NCBI GenBank assembly: GCA_965153455.1
Contig: OZ234493.1
Span: 18,900,213 to 18,964,212, forward strand
Direction: 5' to 3'
Origin: Sphagnum compactum
Taxonomy: Eukaryota
Length of the DNA stretch: 64,000 bases
The translations under genes were made by a program, and so were the position numbers. Below are positions 24,927-36,491 of the stretch, in pieces (the first letter of the stretch is position 1; each line of letters opens with the position of its first letter). The notes under the pieces are model-generated. The model saw only the letters and a list, made by a program, of their open reading frames with translations, ran no database searches and was not told where the DNA came from.

Positions 24927-25267
24927 TTAGCTATTTTCCGTCCTAGTGGATGCCTAGGCAAGAACACACCTGGCAAAAACCAGCCATCCCGAGCATCCCC
25001 CCAGGCATGAAAGCTAGGGTTCTAGAAGCAGAATCAGCAACAAGTACCGATTCTGCCTATCAATGAGGCAACAAAGGAGCCTGAATATGCCTCCCTAATT
25101 ATAATGCACTAAATTATAGACCAAATTATGGACCAAATTATAGACCAGGTCCACTTGGTTGCTGAAATGGCCAGACCACATGTAACCAGTTTTGGTGTCT
25201 CATTCAGGTGCATTTCAAAAGGGGGCTTTTTTTTTGGTGGGGCAAGTCCATCATATCACCTTGTTTA

Positions 25268-25475
25268 TTATGAAGGGGAAAGCACTATTGTTAGTGCCTT
25301 CCCCTACACATAAAAGTTGTTTTGAAGGGGAAGGCATTGTTGTTAGTGCCTTCCCCTATACATAAAAGTTGTTATGAAAGGGAGGGCATTGTGGTTAATG
25401 TTTTCCTCTATACATAAAAGTTGTAATGAAGGGGAGGGGATTGTTATTAGCGCCTTCCCTTACACATAAAAGTTG
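25268..25475. repeat. Tandem array, 52-bp unit x 4, each unit with an internal palindrome
   Basis: Units start at 25268, 25320, 25372 and 25424. Core AGGGGAAAGCACTA-ttgt-TAGTGCCTTCCCCT. Confidence 0.88.
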
Positions 25476-27049
25476 TAAGGGATGTTTCCAGCTAGAATAT
25501 CATTTATATATGTGTGGAATGGTGTTGGGTGGTTCTTTGATATTTTTAATAAATGTCAATTCCAAACATTTGATTTTTTTCATTTTCAAAGAATCAAGGC
25601 TTTAGATGGTGGTGGATTTTTGATAAAAGATACTATAGAAAAAAGAACTGGATTTTCTACTAATGAGAGGAATACCTTGACCAAGTATAGGGCTTTGGTA
25701 GTTTTGGAAAGTGGTTCCCTATGCCAAATTTTTTTATAGAGAAAAGTGGTTGTGTAAATGAGGCGGTTATTCACCAAATAACCTATAACCAACTACACCT
25801 TGCCCATTACAAACAATTCCATTGATGGATATTTAAACATTGGACCACATTGTAGACTTGCAAAAACCCAAAGCCTTAGTTCAACTAGATACTTTTCTTT
25901 CAATGGCTTTACAAATCACATTGAATAGATGAAATTGTTAGATTCCCTTCAAATGTTCAAGGGGGACTACAAATGCGGTTAACGAGTTGTACATTGCAAT
26001 TCCCTTCCAAAAACATACATCATAAAGATTCAAGAAATCTTCATGCTTGACCTCATCTTCAACCTTAGCATTGAGCTTGGTGGATAGCAAAATTCACAAC
26101 CCTATCAAAGCTACAATTTTTATTATTAGTATTTACAAAAACATAACAAGACAAAACAAATAACAACAATGTGGAACTTGAACCCCTTACTTGTAATATC
26201 ACATGGATAATCATTGCACATCCTTGGTGGAAATCATAATACAAAATTGTGTTAAGGTTGAATTTTCTACTAATGGCAATCAAGACAACATAATGTACAA
26301 AAAAAACATGAAATGGCACCTTCGATCACTCATGAAAACTCACTCGCAAAACACACTTGAAGAACAAAATCCACAATAGTATTGAAGCAAATGATTACAA
26401 CAAATGATCAAAAACTTACAAAATGCATGCAATCAATAAATTAAAAAATGGATCAAATGCCACCATCCCCAAGTCATGGAAAACCATTCTACAAACCATG
26501 TAGACAACAAAATCTACAATGATGACAAGCCAAAAAAAAATTATGAGTGGCATGCCATGTAGAAATAACAAAATGCCACAAAATTTGGCACTACACACAT
26601 CTCATGAAGAGCCATGCACAAATGATGTGAACAAGAAAATCCACCACTCTATCAAGGCTAAGTTTTTTACTATTGACATGCCATCAAAATGATAACAAAT
26701 GAAGGTGGCCCTAAAACAACAAGGTGGAAGATGAAGTAAGTTAAACAAACGCCAACCCAATTGGAGAGTGATGACTTCACCATTTGGCTTGCAACTACTT
26801 AAAATTTGAGATTTGCAACAATGGAAGGCAAGTGCTAATAGTAAGTAAACATAAACAAAACTTGCGAACCGCAAACTCTCAAACACCTTCAGATTGGTGA
26901 GAAGAGGAGAAAACAAAGGACACAAGAAACAAGCCAAAGTCTGAACAAAGAGTTTCATAAGAGAGAGACACATAGGTTTAGGTTTAGGGTTTGGAGTTAA
27001 GGAGTTGTGCCTCACAACATTCTGAGGTTGTATTAAGAGGAGGAAATCT

Positions 27050-27220
27050 GGCCCCAAGTTACTAATAAATGCTGAACTTTATGGCCTTGTATCGGCCCCC
27101 AAGTCTGAAGAAAAGGATACCATACATTGAATTTGAGAAGCCAATTTGCAACCCTTGGGGCCAATGTTCCAGCATTTATTAATATCATGACATCAATGTT
27201 GTAGCACTTTTAAGTAACTC
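27050..27220. mobile_element. Second, more decayed copy of the 10553-10720 MITE
   Basis: ggccccaagttactaataaatgctgaactttatggccttgtat...ggggccaatgttccagcatttattaatat aligns to 10553-10680. Confidence 0.7.
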
Positions 27221-27321
27221 ATTTTAAGTAACTCATTTTAAAATGCACTCACACTCTTAAGAAATAGAGGTATAATTATGTATCCATGAATATAATCCCT
27301 CGAAAAGACAAGGGGTATTAT

Positions 27322-27524
27322 AACCTATGCCTACTTATAGGCAAAAGATCTGTCCCCCTCCTAGGCCTTATGATCTACATGTTTTTAGGTTCACGATAAT
27401 GCTCTTTATTATAACCTATAATAAGGCCTATTTAACAACCTATGCCTACTTATAGGGGAAAGATCTGTCCCCCTCCTAGGCCTTATGATCTAGATGTTTT
27501 TAGGTTCATGATAATGCTCTTTAT
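27322..27524. repeat. Direct duplication, 115-bp period x 2
   Basis: aacctatgcctacttatagg...ataatgctcttta at 27322 and 27437. Confidence 0.88.
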
Positions 27525-27609
27525 GTTGGTTGGGTAAAGCCCATAGGTAGGGTCGATTCCCCAAATGTAGGACCGTCTCATCCTTTGAAACGCCCCATCC
27601 CTTGGGCAT

Positions 27610-27663
27610 GACCCTACACTTTTCATTCTTCTGGCTCAACTCAAGGATGAAAAGTGTAGGGTC
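27610..27663. repeat. Inverted repeat with perfect 17-bp arms
   Basis: GACCCTACACTTTTCAT (27610-27626) / ATGAAAAGTGTAGGGTC (27647-27663). Confidence 0.85.
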
Positions 27664-28818
27664 TCTTAGAATAAAATTCATCAGATTTACATGATGAATT
27701 TTTCCATCCAGTCTCCTTCCTTAGTTCCTTAAGTACAGAACTTTTCCCAAAATTTCCATCTTAAATTCAATCACCTTCCCTGACATAATTTCCGTTTAAA
27801 TCACTCTCTTGCCAGAGAAGAAAAATGCCTGGAGAATCAAGAATGCAAGCTCACTAAATCAATGATGCAAGCTCAAAACCATTCCAAAAAAACAAAACAG
27901 AATCCTAAGACTTAGGTTGTGTAACAATACCAACAGTAAACAACACCATGTTGTGAAGCATAGCCAGCCCTTTTCAAAACCAAAGATTTAAACACAAATA
28001 GTTGTCAAACATCATCAATCCTGTACACCAATCCTCAAAGTAATTCAATCCGAAATATTTCAATCCAATCCTCAAAGGTAGCTGAACTCAACTGCCTCAG
28101 ATCTTACAAGATACTATCCTCTACCTAATTTATCACAGCTGGTGAACACAAACAATTTTGTTGCTGGTAAACTAAATCAAGAAGCATCAGAACCCTGCAA
28201 GTTCTCTGCAGATCTAGCTGCAAGCCCACTAGGACATTTACCATGAAAGCAAATTGTACAAACACTAAACTATTTGCTACAAATGCTATTGACAGGATAA
28301 TTCAGTAGGTAGTCAGAAAAGAGTCAAGGCGAAGATGAATGTTACCACAAGATTTCATGTACAGGGGTGTAAGCTTTAGTCATAACTTCACTTGCTCTGC
28401 TCTTCCATGTTTTCCAGAAAGAATTTGAAATTCTTCCCCTTCCAAGACTGAACCTGCAAGTTCTGTGACAAACATGTGAAGGTGGCTCACCCAGTAAGAG
28501 AGAAGAGTGTGTGTGTGTGATACAAGTGATGTGCAAACCTACTTTGAGAAACCCTGTTTTAAAGCCTACATCGATAAGCTTAGGACATCATCAACAAAGC
28601 AGTAGTGGTGATATCAAACAGTAATAGTTTAATGCAACTGAAAACTGCAGAAGGGAAAAACAGGATATGCACCTCAGAGCAGCTATGCCTACCACTCAGA
28701 ATGAGATATGTAGTGCCTCTGCTCTCACTAATATGAAATGGTAAAGAAAGGTGACTGCAAGAAACCATACATTAAAACATCCGTAGAAAACTCTTCTAGT
28801 GCGGTCCTAAGGTCTTGC

Positions 28819-31713
28819 CTAAGTTTGCTGGCCAGTGCTTTGCTTCACTCGTTGCTGCTGACTCTCTGTCCTCAGCTTTGTCTCTGTTTTTGGTTGGAAT
28901 GCTTTGAACATACCCCCAGAGAGAACAGATTCTGGTGGGCTGGGCATACCAAGAGCATTCCACACAGAGCTTCGTGCTGCTTCTTTGGGATCATCTATCC
29001 TCAAAGTCTTTGGGGCCCACAGAGCCCCATCAACTCTCCTACCTTCAGGCCGTTCTCTCAGGTGCTTACCCAATGCAGGCGTTGTACTACCAGGCAATTT
29101 ACTGCTTGGTGGGGCACTGCCACTTGCTGTCGAGGCTGCTGTTGAGGCAGCAGCCTGGGCGGCAGCAGCAGCAGCAGCAGCTGTAGCCCAAGGCAAAGGC
29201 ACAGTCCACCCTCCTCCCCATCCAGGAGGGACAACCCAAGGAGAGCCAGGCATCCCTGGTACAGGAGATCCCCATGGAAGAACACCAGCTCCAGGCCAGA
29301 CCCCACTTGGAGGTGGATTCCAGGTTGCCATACCGTTCCCTGGTAGTAGTTGGCCGGATCCAACAACCCCAGGGCTTACAGCTGGCACTGCCCCACTCCA
29401 CCCAACATTAAATCCATAAGGCCAAGCCCCATTGTAGAAGCCAAAGGGACCTCCTGTGCCACCAGCAGCCAAAACACCAGCATCACCCATTGACATCGGC
29501 CCGTATAAACCTCCGACTTCAGGTTGGAGATTAGGATGCAATGGCATGGGCCCACCATTGCTAGCAGAAGCTTCTTGAGTGGCAGTTGAAACTGGCTCTG
29601 ATAGCGAACTGGCACACTCATCCACAACTTCCTTCTTCTCCACTTCAGAAGGTACCTCACCAATAGCACTTACACCATTTTGAGATCCATTTACGGCTGG
29701 ATTTGAGCAGGATTTACTTGACACTTGAAAGCCTCCCATGAGGTTGATCTCACCACCTGCACCTAAACAAAGGAAGGAACTGTTTAGTCTTTAGCAGTAG
29801 TAAGTGGAAAAAGGAAGAACATTAGGAACCAAGGTTTCAGACTCAAACAACCAGTCACTGAAATCATGGACTTGGTGAAAGACAAGATAACATCTGAACA
29901 TCAACAGATGTCAACTTCAGGAAATGAATCAAAGTCAAAACAATTCCTGAACTAGTCATTCCAAGATTCTAGTGTCCTAAAGTCAGATAAGACACACAAG
30001 TCAACATCTTGGCTTGCAAATAAGGAACAGTTGGTCATACTGCTAAGGTGAACATCGACAAACAACACCATCCTCAAATAACATGTGGTGTTAAGGGCTT
30101 CATTGGTTTGCATGACACTGACCTGAAGCAACATAAGGATTGCTGCAGGAATATGGCTGTGGAGGAATTGTCCCTGTTACATGCCTTGAAAAGGCTGCAC
30201 CATCAGAAAGACCACTGTCTTGACAGAATGATGTGATAGTGCTACCACCAGAACTAGCATTCAGAGCTGGGAGAGTAGGACATTGACCAGGGATCTGAGG
30301 ATGCTTTGAGGGGGATATTTTCGCCCCAGGGGATGGCAATAGCTGCTGTGCGGTCTCTCGAGAATCAGCTCGCACCATGGACATAACTGACCCGTCAGCC
30401 ACTGCCCCATGACGAGCCTGTAATCCTACATGTTTGTTCTTCCTCCGACCTGCTCCAACAGGAACATTCCGTAGTGTGCCTCCAGCTGTCCAGTACCTCT
30501 GGCAGCTTTTGCAAAAGTGGCGAGGCTGATTTATGTTGTAGTTGTTGTAGTAGCAAAACTTTGTATCCAGGCTCTCACAGCGAGGGCACGGGGCTGGTTT
30601 ATCTGGCTTCTTTAAAGTTTTCCCTCGGGACCCAATTTCTTGGCCACCTTCTTCCTCTTCCTTCTTGTGTTCCATGCTTCTCCCTTCACTCACCTCAGCT
30701 CCAACAGCTACAGTTTCAGTCCCTGTGGCTCCTGTCACAGTTGAGTCGCTGTCCCGTTTGCCAGACTTCATTGACTTCTCCTCCTCTGCCTCTGCAGGTC
30801 TATTATTGCTACCTAATGAGCTCCCAAGCCCACCTGCTGTTCCTGTTCCACGTGAAGTACAATTATCCTCTGTTTGTGGCACCATTTCTTCTCCTGTCTC
30901 CTTGGCATCCCCTGCCTCCTCCTCTGCATCCCATGCCTTTTTTGCATCACTTGTTTCCTGCACAAGTAAAGCACAAAACAGACAGAATCTCATGTAAGAT
31001 CCATTCCCCTCTCTTCTGAGTTCTAGACATCCAGACTTAGTTGGCATTCCATAACTCCTTGACATGGAAAAACATATGTTGCTAGAAGCATAACCAATAC
31101 GACATCCATCAACAGCTACACCCCGTGACATGGTGTTTGTATCATTAGCATCTGGTAGCTACACCCAGTTGATCTTAAGATTAAAAAATTGCTGAAGAAA
31201 TTAGTGAACAATTTGATCTGCTTGAACATATGTAGAAAAAAAGAGGTATGTGTATTGACAAAAAGAGAAGAAATCTTATGCAATGGTGGGTTTGGGACAT
31301 GTAGAGATGAAGTCCTACATAGCAAGGACCTTAAAAAATGCTTTTCAGATGCTTCCAAACGTGTCCTATCATGCAGAAAAAAATCATTCTTTTGGGTATG
31401 CACATTACTGGGTATGTGTATTCCGCATCTTATTTCTGTAAACAACAATGGACCATGCAGAAGGAAGCCATAGGTAGTGGAAAGGGAGGCGGAGGAGGAA
31501 GGGGAAAAGGAATAGAGAACCGACCTGACTGCAAGGGAGGGGGGCTTTCTGCCGAGGGCTGGGACTGTCCGAGATCACCTCGCCGTTCTCCGCATCGGTG
31601 CTGCCTCCAGTAACCGCAATGGTTCTACCGAAAAGCTTGATGGCGGGGTCTACACTACTGATAGGACTGCCTACTCTTTCCTCCTTCATTAGCCACTTTC
31701 TAAGCTTCGACAT
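28819..31713 (-). CDS. CDF: Dof zinc-finger transcription factor, CYCLING DOF FACTOR (CDF) type, about 653 aa, 3 exons
   Basis: Exons 31713-31525, 30957-30123 and 29756 (or 29762)-28819, phases consistent. N-terminal DPAIKLFG; Dof domain [51 protein letters not shown]-terminal [20 protein letters not shown] and [10 protein letters not shown]. The start could be ATG 31713 or 31689. Confidence 0.92.
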
Positions 31714-32775
31714 CTAAGTGGAAAAGTGCTTGAGAAGGCAAGCGCCACGCACATCAAGACTCTCTGAATCCTCAAAACCCGGGAATCGATTTTACAAACG
31801 GGGAAGGGGGGAAAAAATATACACAACAAAACCGCCGCGATCGCTAAGCTCAAGATTGCTTTGGTACAAAAAACAAAAGAGCGACCGATGCAATAACCTC
31901 GCAACAAACCTAATAAACCGACGAAAGATACATCCCTCTTCAGTACACCGGTGAAAGAAAGAAAGGCCGAACCTAAGGAAGAAGAGCCTAGCAACGAAAA
32001 CCTTGAAGAAAAAGGAAACAGAAAGCAATGAAGTGCCCGACGATTCCGCTACTTCCCGGCCTCTTCCCAGCACATGAACTGCAGTTCTCACTTCCAGCAG
32101 ATTCGATGTCAATGCTCGTATTGTTGTATATCGCTGTCGATATTCGTTTGTTTGTTTTTATGTTTATTGTTCACCGATACAAAGGCATTTTCAAAAACAA
32201 AGGGGAAAACAAAAGCATCCAGAGGAAGAGACGCCGCAAAAAAGAAAAACGAATCGAGGCAATTTGCAAGCTTCAAAAAGGAAAACAAAAACAGAAAAAC
32301 TCCTCAAGCATCATGCGAGCAACCGAATTCCATCCCTCTCAGAAACAAACAATACACGGAAAGGCGCTATTATTACTGGGGAGGAAGCCAAAAAACACAA
32401 ACTCCAGCGACAATTGCAACGCTCTCGTCTCCCTTCTGCCAACAACACCAAAAGCGTGTGTGCGAAGGAGAAAGGGAAAAGCGAACGGGGCGAGGCGAGA
32501 GGAGAGAGACGACTGAAACCCTTTTCCCACGCATCATAAAGCAGAAGTCAAAAAATAAAACCGCCACGCAAGCAAGTCCCAAATACACACGAGACCTGGC
32601 AATGGACGTCTATTAACGTGTGATTCACCGACGCGTGGACAAGACCAGCCGTGGCTAAACTCCGACCAATGCACGCTACGGCGAAAGGACTAAAAAGTGA
32701 TAACAATAGCCAGGCAAACAAACGCTTTTGGCACCTGGATTCCGGAGTCGGTTTCGCGAGAATCGGTCGATTAGG

Positions 32776-34145
32776 GACGTCACTGTACGATTCAGATCAG
32801 AACACGTGGTTGGTTACCGCCATGTCTGCTTTTTTTTTCTTTGTTTTTGGGTTTGGGGGTCGGGTAGGCCCATGGACTTTGGGACCTGGAAAAAGGGGAC
32901 GTGCACTTTTTGGTTGCCTCCTTTTTGGTCACGAAATAATAACAGTAATAATTTTAAAATACAATAAAGTATCACCTAACTTTTACCTTAGTTGAAAATG
33001 GCAGGTACGAAAAGACAGGGAAAGTGAAGAGGTAGGTAAGTGGGGGGGGGCTGGGATGAATGGTAAAAACTTACTTTTACCATTCCCCTACTTTTTTCCG
33101 GCCTTTTTTGGAAAACTTGAAGTGCGGCCAACTTGAGAGGCGAGAGGCCAAAAGGGGGTCCAAAATCCACCAATTAGGTGACGAATTAGGCGGAAACGGG
33201 AAATTACGTCTGAACAGGGCCGTGCAATAATAGTTTTTTTTAAATACTTTATTTCAGTGGGGATTCGGGGCGGGCCCGGAACCGGGTAACCAGTCGCCGG
33301 GTGTCCAGTCGCGGGGTGTGACCCGGTGGCACGTGACCCGTATCTTTTATGTGGTTCTCCGGGTTTGGTGCAGCGTCTTCGTATACTTTGCTCCCATCCA
33401 CAACAGTGAAGCGGAGATTTTCGGGGACCCGCTTGTCAGCTCGCCATTTGATTACGAGATCACGGAAATGGCGAAGAAGAGGAAGAGAAAAAAATCAAGA
33501 AACAAAAAGAAGAGTAAAACAACACTGGGTTACTCACCAACTGCGGCATTGACGAAAAGGGCATTGATTGACGAAGAAAAAGAAGAGGGAGGGTGGAGGG
33601 GGAAGCAGTAGTGAATAGCTGCAATGCTGCGGCAGGCTCTGACGGCAATGAGAAAACCCATTTAATAAGCAAAACGCTTAACCGCCTCGCCCCTTCTTGT
33701 TGTTTCTTCTTCTTCTTCTTCATCTGGCGAAGCCGAAGAAGTTGTACTTGAACTTTCTGTGCAGAAATTTCTGAAGTATTTGCTTTTTGGGTTTGTTGAA
33801 TGATTGTTGGGATTTTTACGTCATCCGTTACACTGACTCATCAACGGAGCTTCGAGACTAGCCGGCAGTGAGTCATCAATGAGCAGCAAGCAAAGCAGGC
33901 AGCAACAACAACTGTAAGGTACGCTTTACAAAAGCGAACGCGTGAACGGGCGGGCAGTACGGGTACCACTTAATAAACGCTGGGGAGTCCGAGAAGACTG
34001 TACCACACCCGAAAAAGCCCAGTTTGGGTGCCACCCGGAGATAAGGCGGGTCTGCGACCACTTTTTGCCTTTCATTGGCGGCCACGAAGATACCGAGATC
34101 TTGTCCTCATCTGGCGGGATCCACCCACGTGGACAGTCACACGTG
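32776..34145. promoter_or_regulatory. GC-richer CDF upstream region with clustered ACGT elements
   Basis: G-boxes CACGTG at 32803, 33330, 34126 and 34140; C-box GACGTC at 32776. Function is inferred only. Confidence 0.45.
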
Positions 34146-34390
34146 TCATGTCAGATGTGGATCGCACTTTCCAGACTTGCAGCAGATAATAGGGTATGCC
34201 ATAATTTAAAATCGCCCTTTTTTACTTTTTACCACCTACACGTCGACTTTTTAACCTTTTTCACTCGTACCTACCCCACCTTCGCACAAAGCCCTTTTTT
34301 GAAAAGGTGATTTTTGAGAGTCTGGGCAGCTTTTTAAAAACAATTAGGCCACCAAAGTGCTAAATGCAACTAACTGAAGACCCAACTTAA

Positions 34391-34432
34391 CTTAACTCGA
34401 CTTAACTCAAGGCTTGGTTAAGTCGAGTTAAG
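34391..34432. repeat. Inverted repeat with perfect 16-bp arms and 10-nt loop
   Basis: CTTAACTCGACTTAAC / GTTAAGTCGAGTTAAG. Confidence 0.85.
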
Positions 34433-36460
34433 GTCACATTAAGGAAGGTTGTTTGTTTGTTTGTTCGTCATGTTCACATCTCCCAAACCATGGTGTCGGC
34501 CATTGTGCTCTCGATACAATCGGAAAGCCCTTCATGGGGGGAGGGGGCACATCGAGGTGATTTTTTGTAATGTTTAGACCAATGTTGTGCGGTTATTTGA
34601 ATTTCCAAAGAAGTGGTGGTTTTGGGCTTTTTTTTAATATTTTAAACCATCACTTCCCATTTTTGTGGGAAAAAAAACACGGAATCAATGAACTTCCAAT
34701 CATAGTTTTCACAAAAGAACCGATACTTTTTTAAATAACTCATGATTTTCACAAAAGAAAAACCGATAAAGAATGGGCCGTTTTTATTGGTGGTTTAAGG
34801 TTTAGAACAAAGTATTTTGAGAATTGTGGTTATTTATTAGAACCAAGGTTTTCAAATTGTTTTGAGGACCATTGTTACGAATCCTAAGAACCGCCTTCAT
34901 AACTATTGAGGGTATTTCGGTGCAAGAGTTGTTGAATATTTTGAGTAATTTTCTCATTTTAATTTCAAGGAAAATCTAACCTAGAAAATTGTGAGGAAAT
35001 TTGGGGGTGTGCTCTTGGTATTGCTGCAAAAGCCCTCAATGAGTATGATTTTTTTTTTGGCAAAGATGACTCTCTAATTTTTAGACCTAAGGTGCCAAAG
35101 ATATTCAATTTTGAGTAATATTTAGGTTAATACTTAGGTGTGCTTAATGACATGGACCACACTTGTTTACTATGGTAACCATGGTTATGGAAGATCAAGA
35201 GGGGCCATATGTAAAGCAATTCCAAACTGAACTAAGTGGGATAGTTTTAATTGGTTCAATTAGGATGTTAATTAGGGTTAAACACGAAGATGGTACATTA
35301 TAATGTATTGATATATGTGTCTTAATATACGATACCGAAGGAGAAAATAAATGTCCTTGAGAGCAAGTATTGTACACTTTGTCACCTAATAATTAGGCTT
35401 TAGGAATTGGGGGTGGCTTTGTCCTTTAAGACATGAAGTTTATCAAAAGAATTGCATTATGTTGGTTTAGGGTTATAATTAATTTTTTTGGTCTTTTTTG
35501 GGTTACCAAGTGGTTTAAAGTTGGAAACTATTTAAGCACTTTGGTTTTGAGTTTAAATCTTCTTTGAACAATTTGACATAGGGTTAGAATCACCCATTGC
35601 CATGCAACACATGCATTTGGGTATTACACTTTTGTGAACATTTTAAATAAAATTTTCACCATTAATCTCCTTTTGTGTAAATCAATTTTGTTTATGCATG
35701 TTTTATCTTATATGAGGCCTTGAGGCTTTTGTCTAATCTCCAAAATGGGGGAATAAATGCCATTGCTATCACTAATGTTCATTCTTTAGTCATTTTTGCA
35801 AGGGATTCATTGGAAAGAATAAATAACTAATTTTTCATTAGCCTAGCCAAATTTGAGAGCAATTGGGCATTATTTTTTTTTAAAGATGCATTTTGTACGG
35901 CTAGGATACCAACACAATACATATTTCTCCAAAGTGAAAACATTTACATTTATTGTTAATGAAAACCTGAAATATTTGAATTGGGGTTGTTGGACTTCAT
36001 TTTTGTCAATAATTCATTTGGTTACATAAGTCATTTCCCTTTTTTTTTTTAAACACCAATCATGTGGGGTGTAAAACTTGGAATTTTGAATTATTTGATT
36101 TTATTTTTTTAACATAAGTTTTCAACATTTTTCCTTTTTTATTCTCATGTTTTTTCAATTTTTTCGTTTGTTATTTTTTGGAATTGTTTTGGCAAAACCT
36201 TCTATGCAGGTATGGTATCATACCTACAACAAATAATCAAAAAAATTTACCAAGATAAATTTTTTTGAGAGAAATGGGGTCCATTTTGACTATTTGAAAA
36301 CTTCAACAATATAAGTTAAGTATATTTAGTCTTTTAACAAGATCATTGTGATAGGCCAAAGGCTAAACTTGCAAAGTGTGATTCTCTTGAAATCTAATCC
36401 ATTAAGCTTAACAAAATATCAACATGAAAGATTAATTTTCACCAAACATTAATTGCAAAT

Positions 36461-36491
<31 letters not shown>

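Noticed and set aside
25268..25475. CRISPR-like palindromic repeat array
   Set aside because: The sequence between hairpins is itself repeated rather than made of unique spacers.
28738..31019. Several plus-strand ORFs antisense to the Dof gene
   Set aside because: Shadow ORFs of GC-rich coding exons, with no independent motifs.
31792..32995. 100-180-aa ORFs upstream of CDF
   Set aside because: Low-complexity K/R- or F/L-rich translations of leader and promoter sequence, mostly with non-ATG starts.
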